The position numbers were made by a program, and so were the translations under genes. From Macrostomum lignano (taxonomy: Eukaryota): DNA of 31,393 nt. Positions 29,170-31,393 of this stretch are shown piece by piece (within the stretch, counting starts at the first letter, position 1; every line of letters begins with the position of its first letter). The stretch spans positions 1 to 31,393 of the forward strand of contig NIVC01004920.1 of the NCBI GenBank assembly GCA_002269645.1. The letters are read 5' to 3'. Under the pieces are notes generated by a model that made no database searches, had not been told where the DNA came from, and saw only the letters and a program-made list of their open reading frames with translations.

Positions 29170-29857
29170 TTAGCTATTGTCAAAAATTGCCAATGAACAA
29201 GTCAATAATTTGTTTACTAGTAGTTTTCTTGTTTTTGCTCAATTGTTTCTTCAACTATACAATACTTTTGCTAACAATGAAAAAATTTTGACATTATAAT
29301 GACTATCCTTATTGAATAAAACCAAAGAAAAATTACATAGGCCTATATTAAAATAAATAAATGCAATTTTTGTGAAAACTTAATTAGGATTTATATATGC
29401 ACAACTACTGGCAACCTAGCTAATCTGGCTACAATAAATTGTAGTAGACCAAGGGTAAGTTGCAAAAGTACCTATCTGAAAAATATAGATAATTGTACTA
29501 ATTAGATAATGACTCTTAATAAGGCATTTAGCCTAAAAAGACAGTCATAGTTATTCTTGCCATTTTGCCAAAATTGTATTGGTTTTTGCTATATGGTTTT
29601 TTCATAGATAAGTTGCACTTTTAATAAAAAAATAAGTAAAAGAAAAGAAAAAATGCAATTAGCCTATACCAAAGATAAGTAAAAAACTATAGTGATTTGG
29701 GCTATTGTTTTTATCTATTATTAGTCTTAGCAGATAAAACTACTTTTTTATCAAGAAATAGGAAGCAGTTCCTAGTTCTATAGTCTTAGGCTAATGGGAT
29801 TGACTTAAATAAGTTTTAAAATATTTTTTAAAGGTTGTATAAATGGTATCTTATATA

Positions 29858-30838
29858 CGAGGGGTGTCCAAAAAGTAGTGATACTTTTAACTGTAGCTCT
29901 TGTTCTATAGCTTCCTGTGATTTAAAATTTTATGAACTGATAGCGGCAAATCTCTTCTACAGACTGCTTTTTGAATTTTTAAAATTGATACCAGAGAACA
30001 AAAGTTATACCCACAAAAGTAAAAGTACCTGTACCATAGAGTTACACAAACTATATCAAAATTTATGATAGTCGACTTCTGCACTTATTCATTAAGAAGG
30101 CATCAATAAATGTCTTGTTTAAGCAATACCAAAGCCCAATTGCAAAATGATGCTCACTGTGACTGACTGAAATTTGTCTATGGACAGAATCATGTGCAGA
30201 AAAAAAAGCATTAAATTCATTACTTTACTTGCAAACAGAGGAGCTTGCATTTTGCAACTGATTTCATTGCCCATACTCGACAACACACATGGATGTGCAC
30301 TCAGTTGTTGCTCAGCAAAGTACTATCTTCACTCTTTGGGGTGCTGGCCATAGTGCCTCAGAAATTCACGCAAAACTTTGCTCTGCGCATGGATCCTCTG
30401 TGGTCAGCAAAATGACAGTTTATCGATGGATGGAACAGTTCAGCAAGGAAGGACTGACCTGGCAGATCAGCATTGGACGGGGTGGCCATACGTTCATTGA
30501 CCTGATGTACTGGCAGACTCCATTCTGAATCTTCTTGACGAGGACTCCGAATGACCATTAGAGAGATCGCTGACAGGTTGGACAAGCCGAAATCAACAAT
30601 TCATCAAAGCTTACTCGGCATGGATCTCGTGAAGCTCAGCCTATAATTTGTGTAACTCTATGATACAGGTACTGTTACTTTCATGGGTATAACTTTTGTT
30701 CTCTGGTATCAATTTTTAAAATTCAAAAAGCAGTCTGTAGAAGAGATTTGCCGCTATCAATTCATAAAATTTTAAATCACAGGAAGCTATAGAACAAGAG
30801 CTACGGTTAAAAGTATCACCACTTTTGGACACCCCTTG
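29858..30838 (+). mobile_element. Non-autonomous mariner element (981 bp), TA TSD, about 197-bp TIRs
   Basis: TA|CGAGGGGTGTCC ... GGACACCCCTTG|TA; TIRs at 29858-30055 and 30642-30838, about 94% identical by manual alignment. Confidence 0.92.
30289..30641 (+). pseudogene. Mariner transposase N-terminal (two-HTH) fragment, frameshifted, catalytic domain absent
   Basis: GHSASEIHAKLCSAHG..VSKMTVYRWMEQF (HTH1); after frameshifts and a stop, MTIREIADRLDKPKSTIH (HTH2); then runs into the right TIR. Confidence 0.85.
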
Positions 30839-31393
30839 TATTTGAAATAAGTCCTACATTATACTTTCTATAATAATAAAATATATATATATTTGTATAT
30901 TTTATAATATAATATAAAGCATAATATCAAATTTATATAACAAAATCTAAACTATATACTAAATTCTCTATAGCTATATTATATATATAAACATATAATA
31001 TATATATATATATTATTTGTCAAGGGTTAGTAAAATGGATGTACAACTCTTTACTATATCTAGATACCTAGACCCCTGCAACTAAGTCAAGTGTAAGTTA
31101 TGCCTATATTATTATTATATTTTAATATAGATCTTTAATGCATCTTTAATTCTTTAGTTTTTATATTTAACCTAAATTAAAAGTCTAATATAGACTATAT
31201 ATTTGATACATAGGCACAAAAGGGTGTAAGACCAAGACCACATATACTAAGACTGCTATACTTTAGGAGCTAAGGGAGGAATTTAGTTCAATATGTTATT
31301 AGATAGTGCTAAAAAAGATAAATATGGTAGGAAAGCCAATAGGTAGGCTGCGAGAGGTTTTCAACCAACTTTGGTAAAGTCAATAATGACGAA

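Noticed and set aside
27620-29300. Candidate decayed Tc1 termini (TATAGTG near 27629; CATTATA near 29292) and N-terminal HTH region near 27950-28140
   Set aside because: The two ends do not match each other beyond the first bases and the N-terminal reading is ambiguous, so only 28549-29169 is called.

Overview
This is eukaryotic (animal) genomic DNA, not prokaryotic; I found no rRNA, tRNA or CRISPR. GC-rich exons plus minisatellite-filled introns resemble the flatworm Macrostomum, but that is an unverified inference. (1) + strand 1765/1854-4327: a two-exon orphan class-B-like (secretin/adhesion/Methuselah-type) 7TM GPCR with an SMB-like Cys-rich ectodomain. Its apparent signal peptide is out of frame. 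(2) - strand 26637-7510: a conventional beta-spectrin gene with 13 coding exons (about 2330 aa; CH1-CH2, 17 spectrin repeats, PH). All splice junctions resolve in frame except the donor of coding exon 1, which is missing. Almost every intron holds its own tandem repeat, and several repeat units carry a TF-like motif (CCAAT, ETS, E-box). (3) 27000-31393: a transposon nest made of a fossil Tc1 transposase, a hAT-like MITE with an 8-bp TSD and a non-autonomous mariner with about 197-bp TIRs. The best lead is the mutational footprint of this nest. It has only 2 CpGs in 27001-29857. Inferred changes in conserved Tc1 codons are overwhelmingly C:G>T:A, mostly in CpA/TpG context, which resembles fungal RIP. 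Neighbouring exons, UTR and minisatellites keep their CpGs.
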